From: Takakia lepidozioides
Taxonomy: Eukaryota; Plantae; Bryophyta
Direction: 5' to 3'
Assembly: GCA_030704615.1 (NCBI GenBank)
Contig: CM060733.1
Span: forward strand, 4,402,001 to 4,466,000
DNA: 64,000 nt
Numbering within the stretch: position 1 is the stretch's first letter; every line of letters begins with the position of its first letter. Under the pieces are notes generated by a model. The model did not search any database, had not been told where the DNA came from, and saw only the letters and a list, made by a program, of their open reading frames with translations. A program made the position numbers and the translations under genes. Shown here in pieces: positions 40,890-53,108 of this stretch.

Positions 40890-41450
40890 GGTCACAGCCG
40901 TCACAGCCCCACACAAGCCACAGCCTGTCACAGCCCTACACAGGTCACAGGGTCACAGCCCCACAGGCCGCAGCCTGTCACAGCCCGTCACAGCCCCAAA
41001 GGCCACATGTCACAGCCTATCACAGCCCATCACAACCCCAAAGGCCACAGGCACAGCCCCTCACAGCCCATAGGCCTTAGGGCACAACCTGTCACAGCCC
41101 CTCACAGCCCCACAGCCACAGGGGTCTGTCAGCCCTCCACAGCCCACCATGCCAGCCTGTCATAGCCCTACAAGGTCACAGGGGTCACAGCCCCAAAGGC
41201 CACAGCCCCTCACAGCCCATCACAGCCCCACAGGCCACAGGGCACAACCTGTTACAACCCCCTCACAACCCGTCACAGCCCACAGGCCACTGGGCACAGT
41301 CACAGCCCCACAGGCCACAGGGCACAGCCCGCCACAGCCTATCACAGCCATCACACCCTATCACAGCCCGTCACAGCCCACAGCCACAGCACAGCCCCTC
41401 GCCCCACGGGCCACAGGGAACAGCCTATCACAGCCCCTCACAGCCCCATC
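40890..41450. repeat. Degenerate (GT)CACAGCCC minisatellite in the DNMT-Gypsy-2 leader
   Basis: Dozens of cacagccc units. The same motif occurs in reverse in the solo LTR at 59095-59240. Confidence 0.85.
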
Positions 41451-41723
41451 CATGCCACTCATGGCAGTTTAGCCATTTCTCCAAGGGGTTTAGCCACGCC
41501 AAGCTAGGGTTTGTGTCTCTTGGACTCTAGGCTTCTTTGCACCGAGCTATGGCGGCTGTGAAGAAATCAGCAAGGTATTCTTGCTCTTTCGGCTCCCACA
41601 CAGCACCCATAGTAGCCCTAAGCCATGAGGAAGATGGTTGCCACAAACCAAGCCTTCTTTCTCACTTAGACTCCCCAAACACGCCACTAAACTCAATGGC
41701 AAACAACCAAGCCTTGCTGGTTT

Positions 41724-43375
41724 AGCCCAGAAGTTCGACCTCAGATTGATGGAAAAGACATTTTTCCAACTTGACATATAGTCATCTTTCTCTTAATTTA
41801 TTAAGGACAAGGCGTACATAATGACCATGTTCTTCTTCATTCTGTGAAAATATCAAAATGTCGTCCAAATAGATGATTACAAAGTCATCTAAAAATTCTC
41901 GAAAGATGTTATTCATCATATGTTGGAAAATTGTTGAAGCATTTATAAGACCGAAAGACATAACATTGTATTCAAAATGTCCATACCTTGTTCGAAAAGT
42001 TGTTTTCCATTCGTTTCCTTCTTTTATCCGTACAAGGTTATAAGCTCATCTCAAGTCAATTTTGGTGAAAATCTTCGCTCGTCCCAGCTAGTCGAGAAGC
42101 CCAGAAATCAGCGGCAACGGATAAAGATTATTAATTGTGACTTTGTAGAGGCCGCGATAGTCTACACACATGCGTAGTGATCCGTCCTTCTTTTTCACAA
42201 ACATGATAGGCGCCCCCGCAGGTGATTTTGAATGTCGGATGAAGTACTTCGACAAATTTCATCAATGTATTCACATAATGCAGCCAACTCCATCTGGGAT
42301 AAGTTATAGATTGGGCCGAATGGTGGTTGGGCTCTTTTTTGTAACTCGATTGCACAGTCATAAGATCGATGTTCTGGCAATATGTCTGCATTTTTCTTCT
42401 CGAAAACATCCTTGAAATCTTGATATTGAGTGGGTAATGTTGAAGTACATTTGTCTGTTGTGGTCTTGATCGGAGTCGCATAAAGTCCAAATGCCGCATC
42501 CTTTTTGGTAGATATCATGAAAGCTCTAGCTCCAAGAAACAGGGGTTGAATACCTTTGATATTTCTACATTTTTGTCTTGCAGAAATTTTCCCGATCGCC
42601 AGTCGATGTCAGGATTGTGAAGTACGAATCAAGGAAGTCCAAGGATCATAGGATTCATTGGAGACTGGATGACGTTGAAAATAATATGTGATGCATGATT
42701 TTTAACCTTCACTTCAAGTGATCGAGTTTCATGGTCCACATTTCCTGATGCTAACAGTCGTCCATTGATGACTTCAACGGAGAGATATCTCAATTTTGCA
42801 CTCTGATTTTTATCGGAACTGTGAAGCAAGGTGCATGGTCTGGAGGTAGAAATAGACATTTTTTCGGTGAGGAATTTGTGGTGTCCAGCCCTATGGTCCC
42901 TACTGTGGCTCGACATCTTCGTTTTCCGACCTCTTCGTATCGAACACTTGAGTTGCGCCCCGAGTTTTGAATCTTCTCTTGTTGGGGGCAGTTTAATGTT
43001 ATGTGATCTTCTTCTCCGCAATAGAGGCATAATCCATTCGAGCGCCGTCTTTGTTTTTCTTGTGGCGTCAATGGCTTGAATCGGACAGCATCAATCTGCA
43101 TATGATCACTACCGGATGTCTGATGGATTGTTGTGTTTGGTGCCGTAGTAGCAGTGGCATGATGCGTCGTCGACCATCCAGATCGTTTCTCTTGACGTCT
43201 TTCGAACAAACGATTATCGCATGCAATGACTTGGGTGATGAATTCACTCAGTGTGCTAACGTTTGGCATTGTCAGCAACAAATCTTTTACATCACCTTTT
43301 AGTCCACATCAAATCTGACTAATGAGGCTATTCTCATTCCAGTTGAGGTTGCACGCAAGCTGTCAAAATTCGGCA
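41724..43375 (-). mobile_element. Tcn1-like chromovirus, middle part (gag C-terminus, PR, RT)
   Basis: [64 protein letters not shown]. Confidence 0.9.
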
Positions 43376-44957
43376 TGTCAAGTTATTTTACCACTAGTGT
43401 GAAACTAGCTAGGAAATAGCTAGTTTTTATATATTGACATTTGGGATTGGCCCAAGTGTCAATCCAGGGGTCAAGGCAGATTTAGGCCCTGGAGTGGTTA
43501 TCTTCACGGCAAGCGCGGGAGGCTCTCGAGTTGAGCCTCACCGCGCCTAGCTATGGCACCGTAGTGTGGATTCCCCATGGCGTGAGGTGCACTTGGCTTG
43601 ACTTGTATTTGAGTGATGAGGTTATATATGCATGAGTTTATGCTTCAGCTTTGTGAGCTCGCATGAGCTTGTGCTTGTATTTTTCTTCTTTATTACTCGA
43701 GAAAGATGAACTCGTATCTGTGAGTGCCAGATACGAGTTAGTTGTAGCACTTGTGGTTTTTGCTTGAGAATGAGAGAAACCAGGTTGTTATGCAAGGAGC
43801 ACCGTGGAGCTCTTGGTTGTTAGAAACGGAGGCGATGTGGGTTACGAGGTGGTAGACCTTGGCATTCGATCTTCAGCTTCAGAGATGAAAGCACCATACT
43901 GCAGGTAATTCCAAGAGCACCTTGATGGTTTCAGATTGTGTACATGCATGAGCAAGCACGATTGGGAAGGACTAGTCAAGAGCAGGTTATAGTGGCTTTG
44001 GTGGCAAAGCTGAGAACTGGACTTGGGAATGCGAGCTTTCATTGTGTGTAGGATTGCAAGACCAAGCGAAAGGGTTGATTTGGCTTGGGGCAAATCAGTG
44101 CACTTTGTGGAGTATGTTGAGAGTGGGTTTCAATCTCAAGCTTCAACATTGAGAGGGCTCTTGTCATGGCAAGAGCAGGGCTGGAACAGGAGCTAAGAGG
44201 TGCGGCAAGGCCATGGAATGTGCACCTAGGGTTTCAGAGCTTGGAAAAAGAGCTCTTGCACCACAAGAAGAGTGTATTGTGGCTAGAAATGTAAGCCTTA
44301 GGGTTTCAGGAGCTTGGCAAAGGTTGTGGAGTGCTTAGTCTTGTCTTAGAGAGCATCAAGGAGCCAATGAGCCAAGATAGGGGGCTGATACCTCTTGTGT
44401 GAAGAGGTTGCATGTGTGGAGCATGTATTCAGCTCATTGAAGCTTCCATCTTCAAGCTTGGAGGGCAACCAAGGAAGAGGGAAGGGCTGACTTCCCTTAT
44501 GTGAGGGCAATGCATGTGTGGAGCATGCTTTCGGCCTGTTGAAGGCTTGTACTTTCAAGTTTGGGAGTGCAAGAAAGGAAGGAAAGGGTTGGTTTCCCTG
44601 TAGGGCATGTGTGGAGCCTGCTTCCAGCCCGCTGAAGCTTGTATTTTCAGGTTGGTGGGTGCAAGAAAGGAAGCAAAGGGGCTGATTCTCTTGTGGTGAG
44701 AGTGGGGCATGTGTGGAGCATGCCTTCAGTCCATTGGGCTTTTGTTTTCAAGCTTTAGAGAACTAGAAGAGAAGGTAAGGGGCTGATCTGCTCTTATGTG
44801 ACAGTCCGACACTTGTAGAGCGTGTTCTTAGTTGGGGTTTCAACCTCAAGCCTAGATAAAGCATGGCTCTTGAAGTGGCAGATGTAAGGGGCTGGAATAG
44901 GCTCTAAAATAGATGCTATGGCCAAAGAAAACGCTTGAATGAGTGCTCACAAGGGCT
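43376..44957 (+). mobile_element. DNMT-Gypsy-2, 5' end (A1 repeat 43376-43695, structured leader, about 100-bp GCATGTGTGGAGCA repeats)
   Basis: Starts TGTCAAG after GGCA. The repeat matches 61502-61829. Confidence 0.85.
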
Positions 44958-44959
44958 GG

Positions 44960-47818
44960 ATTTTCCGACAAATGCATCTTTATGGATCAGAAGAAAATAC
45001 AAACCATCATCGAGTGGATTAAACCAACTTCGGTCCGAGATGTACAATATTTTCTGGGATTTGTAAATTTCTATAGAATCTTCATCAAGGACTACTCCAA
45101 AATTGTTGCACCATTGACGCGACTCACAGGAGAGGACAAATTTGTATGGGACGAGAAGGTTGACCAGACATTTAAAATGCTGAAGCAGGCAATTACAACT
45201 ACTCCAATACTGGTACATGCAGACCCATCTAAACCATTCTTCTTGGAAGCAGATGCATCGAACTTTGCACTTGGTGCTATACTTTCTCAATACGGTACGG
45301 ATGGCCGACTTCACCCTGTTGGTTTTCGTTTTCGCAAATTTTTCGCTGCAGAGATCAATTATGAAATCCATGACAAAGAACTTCTAGCGATCATCGATGC
45401 TTTTGAGAAGTGGCGTCATATATTGGAGGGAGCTAAACATCATGTCACTGTCTACACCGATCACAAAAACCTCGAATATTTTATAAATGCTCGTGTTTTG
45501 AATCAACAGAAATCCATCATCTTGAAACAAACAAATCTCCAATTGAATATGTTATCCATGTCCACCTATGACGATGCAGAGATCATAAAAGAGATTCAGG
45601 AAGCACTGAAGAGCGACCAATTTGCTACGACACTACGAAGTCAACTAAATCGACCTCGAGACAACCCACATGTTACAAACGAGTTCGAATTCAAAGATAA
45701 CTTACTTTATTTCAAGGGACTTTTCTATGTACCTCTAGGACCTACACAACTTCGAATTCTTCAAACATGTCATGATCTTCTGGCTGCAGGACATTTCGGC
45801 TTCAACAAAACAATGGAATTGATATCCAGGAACTATTGGTGGCCATAGATGTGGAAACTCGTAAAAGAATTTATAAAATCTTGCGACACGTGTGCTAGAG
45901 CGAAGGGACCTTGACATCGACCTTACGGCCTTCTTCAACCATTACCCATTCCCAAGGGTCCATGGTCGTCCGTGTTTATGGACTTTATTACGGACCTTCC
46001 AATTTCCAAGACCACCGATTTAATCCTTGTTATTGTAGATCGTTTTACGAAGATGACACATTTCATTTTATGTAATAAGACGGTTACCGGCGAGGAAACT
46101 GCAAGATTCTTCCTCAATAATATCTACCGCATTCATGGACTCCCCAAGGACATCGTATCTGATCGAGGACCACAGTTCATATCAAATTTCTGGAGGGAAT
46201 TATTTCACATATTAGATACTAAGATCAACCTCTCTACAGCTAATCATCCACAGACTGATGGTCAAACCGAACGTGTAAACCAGATTTTGGAACAGTATCT
46301 TCGCTGTACGATAAATTATCACCAAGATAATTGGACGGACCTTCTGTCATTGGCTGAGTTTGCCTACAACAACACTATACATTCTTCGACCAAGTAAACC
46401 TCATTTTTCTCCAATTATGGTCATCATCCTCGAGCAAACCCTTTCCACATGAAGACTGTTGGAAGCCCTGCTGTAGAAAACCTTGCTACTCATCTTGCTA
46501 CGATTCACAAAGAGCTTATATTCTACCTCGCAGAAGCTCAAAAATAATACAAGGAGTATGCAGATCAACATCGTCCACTCCAACCCCAGTTCAAGGTCGG
46601 AAATCGTGTGTGGCTTCTTCGACGGGACATACAAACCTCGCGACCATCAAGGAAGTTGGATTATCAACGCCTGGGACCATTCAAAATTATTCGACAAATA
46701 AATCCGGTCAGTTTTCGGCTTAAACTCCCACGAAGTATGCGCATCTATCCAGTCTTTCATGTTTCATTTATTGGAGTTGTATCATCCATCGAATATTCCA
46801 AGAAGAGTCTCCGTACCACCTCCACCAATCGAAGTCAATCAGGAAATCAAGTATGAAGTCGATGAAGTCCTAGACTCTCGCATCAACTATAAACGTCTTG
46901 AGTATTTCGTACATTGGAAAGGCTACGACATCAGCGAATGAACGTGCGAACCTTCATCCAACCTTGCCAATGCATCTGACAAAGTCCAAAGAGTTTCATC
47001 AACGATATCCAGCTAAGCCCCGAGCTACACGTCAATAAGACGTCACAACGATGATGTCAGTCAAGTTAGCTTCAAGGTGAAGACTCCACATTCAGTGTAT
47101 CTGATACACACTAAAGAGGGAGGTTCTCCAACTCTAAGCAAGTCCAAGATTTTATCGCTCCTCGAGGAACTCCGCGCTAGAGGAGGGGGTGATGTCACGG
47201 ACATAGCCCAGATGAACTTACCAGGAGTAAATATCAGAAGTTACCAAGTTACCATGTTACTAAAATTTACCGTGATCTATCATGATTTACCATAAATTAT
47301 CATTAGTTATCAAGTTACCGGAAGTTTATCAAATTACTAAGAGTAATTTGGGAAACTTCTCAGGAAGCTTCCTTTGGAGGAAACTTCTCCATCAACATAC
47401 CTCATTTGTTTAAGGAAACTTCTCCATCAAAGAAACCTTTGTTTAACCTTGAAAACTTCTCTATCAAGAAACCTCATTTGGGGAAGTCTTTTAGAGAACC
47501 TCGGAGGCGAGACTGGACACTCTTCAGTCTCGCCAACACAAGTTCAAGCTACTCTTGTCCAGTCCCAGTCCCAGTACTCCAGTCCAGCTTCCAGTACTCT
47601 AGTCCAGTTTCCAGTATCTGGTACCCCAGTCCAGTTTCCAACATTCCAGTATTCGAGTTGAGTTCCAGTATCTTGTACTCTTGTCCATTGTTATAAAGAT
47701 CATCTTGATTCATGTTTATCCACCATGCATTCGCCCACACCGACCTTGACTTCTTGTCTAGTCTTGTACTTCAAGTCTGATATCTTGTTTGTGTTCAGTC
47801 ATGTTCTTGTCCTTGACA
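44960..47818 (+). mobile_element. Tcn1-like chromovirus, 3' part (RT end, RNase H, integrase, chromodomain, PPT, 3' LTR 47193-47818)
   Basis: FLGFVNFYR, EADAS, NYEIHDKELLAI, YTDHKNL, MDFITDLP, SDRGPQF, HPQTDGQTERVNQ, GPF, YEVDEVLDSR..YFVHWKGY. PPT aggagggggtga. TSD GCTGG. Confidence 0.95.
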
Positions 47819-48670
47819 GCTGGTTCATCCTTAGACCTTCAAACTACTTGTGTTGTTAGTAATGAGGGGCTGTTGGAGTCTCTTGAGCACTATCTTTTTT
47901 AACTTCAAGTTCGCAGTTTGTATCTGGTCCCAGGTTAGATCCCTCTATCATGCTTTGAGACTAGTTGATGTTTCAAGTATCACTGTACATCTACTTAATT
48001 TTCATCTGGCATCGCAACATTGGGCGTCCCAGCGCGGGGCGCCCCCATCGACGCTTTTGTGAAGTTGAGGGCTGCAAAGCCCGAAAAAAAAAAAAAAAAA
48101 AAAAAAAAACTCTTATTGTGGTAATGCTGTTGCGACGCTCTGACGTCGCAGAGGCGCTGGGGCGCCCTTAGTGACGCTTTTGCAACGCCGAGGCGTCGCA
48201 ACATTTTATTTATTTATTTATTTATTTTAGGCCGGGGCGTCGCAAGAAAAAAAATCCGTCGCAGCGAGGGCCCTCTTTCCCCCTTCATGCCACCTTACGA
48301 CGGCTGGGCGTCGTAATGGTGTCGCAGCGGAGGATTGCGACGCCGGGGCGTCGCAAAAAAGTGCCGCAGGCTCGGCGTCGCAGGCTCAGAACCGTGCGGG
48401 GCGTGGGGGCGCGGCTGGCGTCGCAAACCCCCCCCATTTGTTGTAGTATCTTGGGGTCGCCACAAGGGGTCGCAATGGTGTTGGGGTCAGCTTAGGTCAT
48501 CACAAGGACGTCGCTTGGGGTGCCTGGCGGTCGGGGGGTGCAACAACGGCAACGACGCTGGGGCTGGGGCTGGGACTGGGGCTGGGCACTAAGGATGTGG
48601 AGGTTGCAACTCCCCGGCATCACAAGATAGACCCTTTTAGAAGGAACTTGAAGGAACTTGAAGGAAATCT

Positions 48671-48701
<31 letters not shown>

Positions 48702-49950
48702 AATTGCTTTTGTTATACATAGATGTAACGTAGGTGTGTTGGTTAGTTTGTAGTGTCTTAGAAATGTTATAACGTGGAGGTCGTAGGTTCAAGTATGCAT
48801 TGCATGATATATGTAGAACAATGAACATATCGCCATTAGATGGAACCGGAGTCAATGGTCAACACCGGAGTCAAATGGTCAACAAGTTTTTGAAATTCAA
48901 ATTTCCAATTCAAATTTTACCGCCTAAATTCAAATGTACCCCCGTAAATTGTGACGTTCAGGCGTCGCACTCTGCGAGCCCCGGACGGTGCTAATTCTGC
49001 GTTGCAGAGTGTGTGTGTTTTTTATTTTTATTTTATTTTTATTTTTTCCGACGCCCGGGCGTCGCAAATCGCGTCGACGTCGCAAATCACGGTTTCGCCT
49101 ATTTGCGATCCTCATTGGTCGCAAATTTGCGACGTTTTTTTGGCGACGCCCGGGTGTCGCAAATTTGGTTCTTTCCCCCTGCTTGAAAAGGGCTGTTTTA
49201 CGACGCCGCGGCATGGTTGCGGCGTCGAAAACCCCCCTCTTTTCTTGTAGTGATGACAGCTCTGGTCCAACTGTGCTATCTGGGCTTGCCTTCGTTCTCT
49301 GTCTTTGTGGCAGATATGGAAATCTTGCTGTGCAAAATTGTATAATGGTTCTGCCCCCTCCGTTGAGGCTTCTCTGTAAGTTATTTTTAATAATCTACTA
49401 ACTCATGAAGGGCACAAGGCGTGGGAGGTTCTGATTGCAGCTCTACTCAGATGTTCTCAAACAAATCGTCCTCCTAGGGTTAGCGTGGAATCCTCTGCTC
49501 TGGCTATTCCGATAAGGGCACCGTCTGGTCCTCCTTCATGGTGCTTCTCCTAATCACTGGCCATCACTTGTTGATCGACAGGAGGATATCAACTGGCGAC
49601 ACCGCAAGCTAAGAAGCTCCAAAATTCAAGCTCACCTTGATTTTGTTACTCTGAAGGCTAATCGTTGAGTCTGCTTAGACTGCCTTGTGGGTTGTTGGCT
49701 CCCTCATTTTGGTTGTTCTGCTGCGAGCTGCCTTTGGTATTGTTGGCCTCCTCGTTTTAATTAGGATCTGGTAGTTCAACTGTTAGCTCTTATACGTGCT
49801 TGCAGGTAGCGCTTGGTTACTTTATCATGCACTTTGGACAATTGCGGCCCTGAAGTGGCCTCACTTTGTAATGCATTATGGCCTTGAGGTTATTTTTTTT
49901 CCTCTTTATTAGTTTGATTAAAAGGGCCTCCATCCCCTTTCTGTATTAAA
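47819..49950 (+). pseudogene. LINE (L1-like) ORF2 3' part, zf-RVT region, interrupted by a CACTA fragment
   Basis: CVVSNEGLLESLEHYLFNFKFAVCIW continues the minus-strand LINE at 63267 across the GCTGG TSD. The 3' boundary is approximate. Confidence 0.6.
48008..49252. mobile_element. Truncated non-autonomous CACTA (right TIR only), CpG-rich GCGACG/CGTCGC subterminal repeats
   Basis: Ends ttttcttgtagtg (= CACTACAAGAAAA). No matching left TIR seen. Confidence 0.75.
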
Positions 49951-51106
49951 CAAGCTGCAAACCGCAAGAGGCTCTGTCAATTGAAGCAACAAAGTTGACA
50001 AGTTGCCACAGGTTATACTTAAAAGCTTTCTTAGACCAATCATACTCTTGACACGGTGTAAGGTCCATTGACCAGCTAACATCTTTGTTATTGAATGGAT
50101 TATTAAGTGGATGAATTTCTAGATTTACTATGGATGAAATGTCACTATTTGTGAACTAGAGGAGCCATACGCGTCTAGCCGCTTGTTTTCTTATGTTTTT
50201 TCTTTTCAAATGGGATGGAGCCCGATTACTCAAACTAGCTAATAATACCCACCCAACACTCGTTTCGAGCTGATTTGCTTTAGCAATATCATAGCTATGA
50301 AAATGTTACACCACTTCTGAACATTAATTATAATAAAACCACCAAACAAAAATCAATGGTCTACCCAATTTTTGAAACCTTCAAAAGTTCAACCCTTTGA
50401 TTTTGTGATGAGCACGTTTCAATTTACTAAAATATTATGATAGTACATATACATATTATAAATATGATAATGGTAATAGCTAATGTAATGTCAAAACTCT
50501 TGATATTAGAAGTTTTGTTGCTTGTCTATATTTTAGACGTGTGTGCTGAAGTTCCATGTTTCATCCCCTGGGATGGGTTTCTTTTGTTATGATTCTGGGC
50601 TTGTCTATTGTCTGCTTTGGCGTTTTGTTTTACAGCCCCATGGAATTTTTTTTCCCCCTCTTTGTTAATAAAATTATAAGGACTATCATCCACTCCTATA
50701 TATATATATATATATACTCTAGTGACTTCGGTCGGAGACTAGTAAATTAGTGCACGGATAAATAGGGCGTCCTTGTGCCATGTCATCATCACCACGTTTC
50801 GTTATCGCCAATTTTTTGAATCTACTCGCACTGCCCAAAAAAAAACCGAAAATGACTTCTTGAGCTCTCTTAAGCTTTTGGAGCTTCTGGAATTGGTTGA
50901 ACGGAATTTCATTGAGGTATTAAGACCTCTGATTGCCAGCCTATGGTCTGATAGATACAGAGAAAATGTACTCGTAAGCATTGTTTGCTCAATGTTGTAG
51001 CATTGTGGCCATTGACCTTGTGTCCAATTTTGTGAGGAACAAAAGGAAATAGATGTTACATTTGTGAGTAATAAAACATTACTTGTTGAGAAATGTTAGC
51101 TATTGG

Positions 51107-51520
51107 TAGCCCAATGGTTGGGAGTTTGTGCCTTGCCTGCACATAACTTGGGTGATCCTGGGATCAATCCTTCAACATGTGCCTTCAAACCGTCCATTGG
51201 GGCTGTGTGTTGAGCAGTAGGCTCTGTAAAATATTCACTGGACGCTAAAGAAATTTTATCTTATCATTATCTCTTTGCGGCCCTAGATGGCAGTCTTGTT
51301 TTCCACTGGAAGCTCTGGCAAGTGTAACTTATGGTGTCACTTCACCCGGAACTGCTACTGCCTTTCCTTGAGCACATAGCCCAATGCTTGGGTATCCGTG
51401 TCTTGCCTATGCATAACCTGGGTGACCCTGGGTTCAATCCTTCAACATGTGCCTTCAACCGTCCATTAGCCCCTCGATGGGTTGTGTGTAGAGCAGTAGG
51501 CTCTATAAATTCACTAGACG
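51107..51520 (+). repeat. Two tRNA-derived (SINE-like) units 270 bp apart with Pol III A and B boxes
   Basis: TAGCCCAATG at 51107 and 51377; GGG(A/T)TCAATCC at 51160 and 51430. Confidence 0.55.
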
Positions 51521-52084
51521 TTAACCCTAAGCGCCCACTACCCTATGCCAGCTCAGAGAAATGAGCATATCTTGGCGAAAAAAAACTTTTGGGAAAACTG
51601 ACCAAACTTTTATGCTTGTACCTACCCCTTGTAGACACTTGGAAATTTCCAGGCCAATCAAGCAAAAATCAGAGAAACGCCACCATTGAGTGTGGGACCC
51701 ATTTTTTGGGCCCCCTCCCAAGATTTTTTTTTTTTTTTTGAAAGAATTTGCAAATTTCAATGACGGGATGGAATCAACAGGGCCTCATCCTGTTCATAGG
51801 TGTTGTCCAACACATTGGCATTCTGGTGAGCCATAGAATGCAGAAATTGGATTCATATTTTCTGATTTGCAGCTGGTCAAAGTAAGGGGGGTCAAAATTG
51901 CATATGCAGCAGCAGTTTTGCCGAAGCAGAAGGACAGCCTGGAAGTGCCATTCATGTGCTCAGCCAGCTCCCACCATTTGCTCTCATGCCTCTGGCCAAG
52001 TTCCACACAAGCCTAAGGCACACAAAATGAAATCTAGCAACTGGATGGCAAAGACAAAGGATCAAACACAACAGCCAACTACTT

Positions 52085-52465
52085 CATCTCCCACCCATAG
52101 TGGCCGAGCATGGGTAGGATTTGAACCCACACAGCTGCCCGAGCTGGCAGCCCATGCTAAAGGCTTGTGGCCAAGTTCCACGCAAGCTGGAAGGCTCCCA
52201 AAATTCAGAATACAAACCTTCATCTCCCACCCATAGTGCCTGAGCATGGGTGGGAATTGAACCCACAGAGCTGCCCCTATTGGCAGCCCATGTTGAAAGA
52301 GCTTGTGGCCAAGTTCCACACAAGCTTAAATGCTGGGGCCAGCAAGAAGGAACCAACAAATTCAACCAGCAAATACCTGCACCTACCGAAGCACGAGGCT
52401 GCAAATTGGCATGTGAGACGTGGGAATTGAACCCAGTAGCTTGCCCCGACTGGCAGCTCATACAT
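52085..52465 (-). repeat. About 136-bp repeats containing D-armless tRNA-like folds
   Basis: AGCATGGG..GCTGCC..GGCAGC..GTGGGTTCAAATCCTAC-CCATGCT at 52158-52107 and 52294-52243, with a third degenerate copy near 52415-52465. Confidence 0.6.
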
Positions 52466-53108
52466 GAACACAAGGGGGAGGATCCCCCCCTTGTGTGCAC
52501 CCCCGGCGTTTGGAGAGGGGGCTACACTACTCCTACCTACCATCTATGCTTCGACAGTAATCTATTACTAACACAAGATAGCTGCAGCATGTACTCTTTC
52601 AATTGAGCATACATGTTATAACTACTGCAGCACCCCTACAATGTCACTATCTGATTCCTTGTTGCTTGGTAGTCCACAGAAAAATGCAAACTAACAGGTC
52701 ATACCAAAAATGGGCTGCAGCACTTGCAGCCCCTATCCGAAGCATGCACTTGCAACACATACAAAGACAGCCTGAATTGCAAAATTGGCTGGTGCTATTG
52801 CAGCCCATATGTGAGCTGGTAGCTGCAACTAAAGCATTACACTACCATTGACCAGAAGCTACCGAGCTACTCAAAATCACAACACTAAGCGCTATGTCCC
52901 ATAGTTCCCCACAGGAACTTCTGCACCATCCCCAATTCAAACACCAGTATAACAACACTGAACCTCTATATTCCAAGCGACTCTCTAGCAACATGATCTA
53001 TCCAATCGACTCTCTAGGGAGACTCTCATAGAACCTCTGATGGCTCCTTCGTATCAGTAGTCACGTCTCTGCAGCAGCCAACAGCCCCCCACCGTTAGAA
53101 AATTGGAG

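Larger units (their letters stand above)
24275..41723 (-). mobile_element. DNMT-Gypsy-2, central part (leader, gag, PR, [MULE insertion], C5-MTase, RT/RH largely deleted, IN partly deleted, PHD)
   Basis: Domain order read from the minus-strand ORFs. Homologous to DNMT-Gypsy-1 at 23.5-24.3 kb and 57-61 kb. Confidence 0.85.

Noticed and set aside
40447-41472. Long plus-strand ORFs of 208, 89 and 107 aa
   Set aside because: They are open only because of the stop-free CACAGCCC minisatellite.
47981-47990. CACTG as the left TIR of the 48-49 kb CACTA
   Set aside because: It does not match the right TIR beyond 4 nt, has no TSD, and reads as continued LINE sequence.
50700-50750. Helitron-like 3' end (hairpin plus CTAG|T after a TA tract)
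   Set aside because: The hairpin is very short and no 5' end or RepHel sequence was identified.
51107-52465. tRNA genes
   Set aside because: Only A/B boxes or partial folds are present, with no complete cloverleaf.
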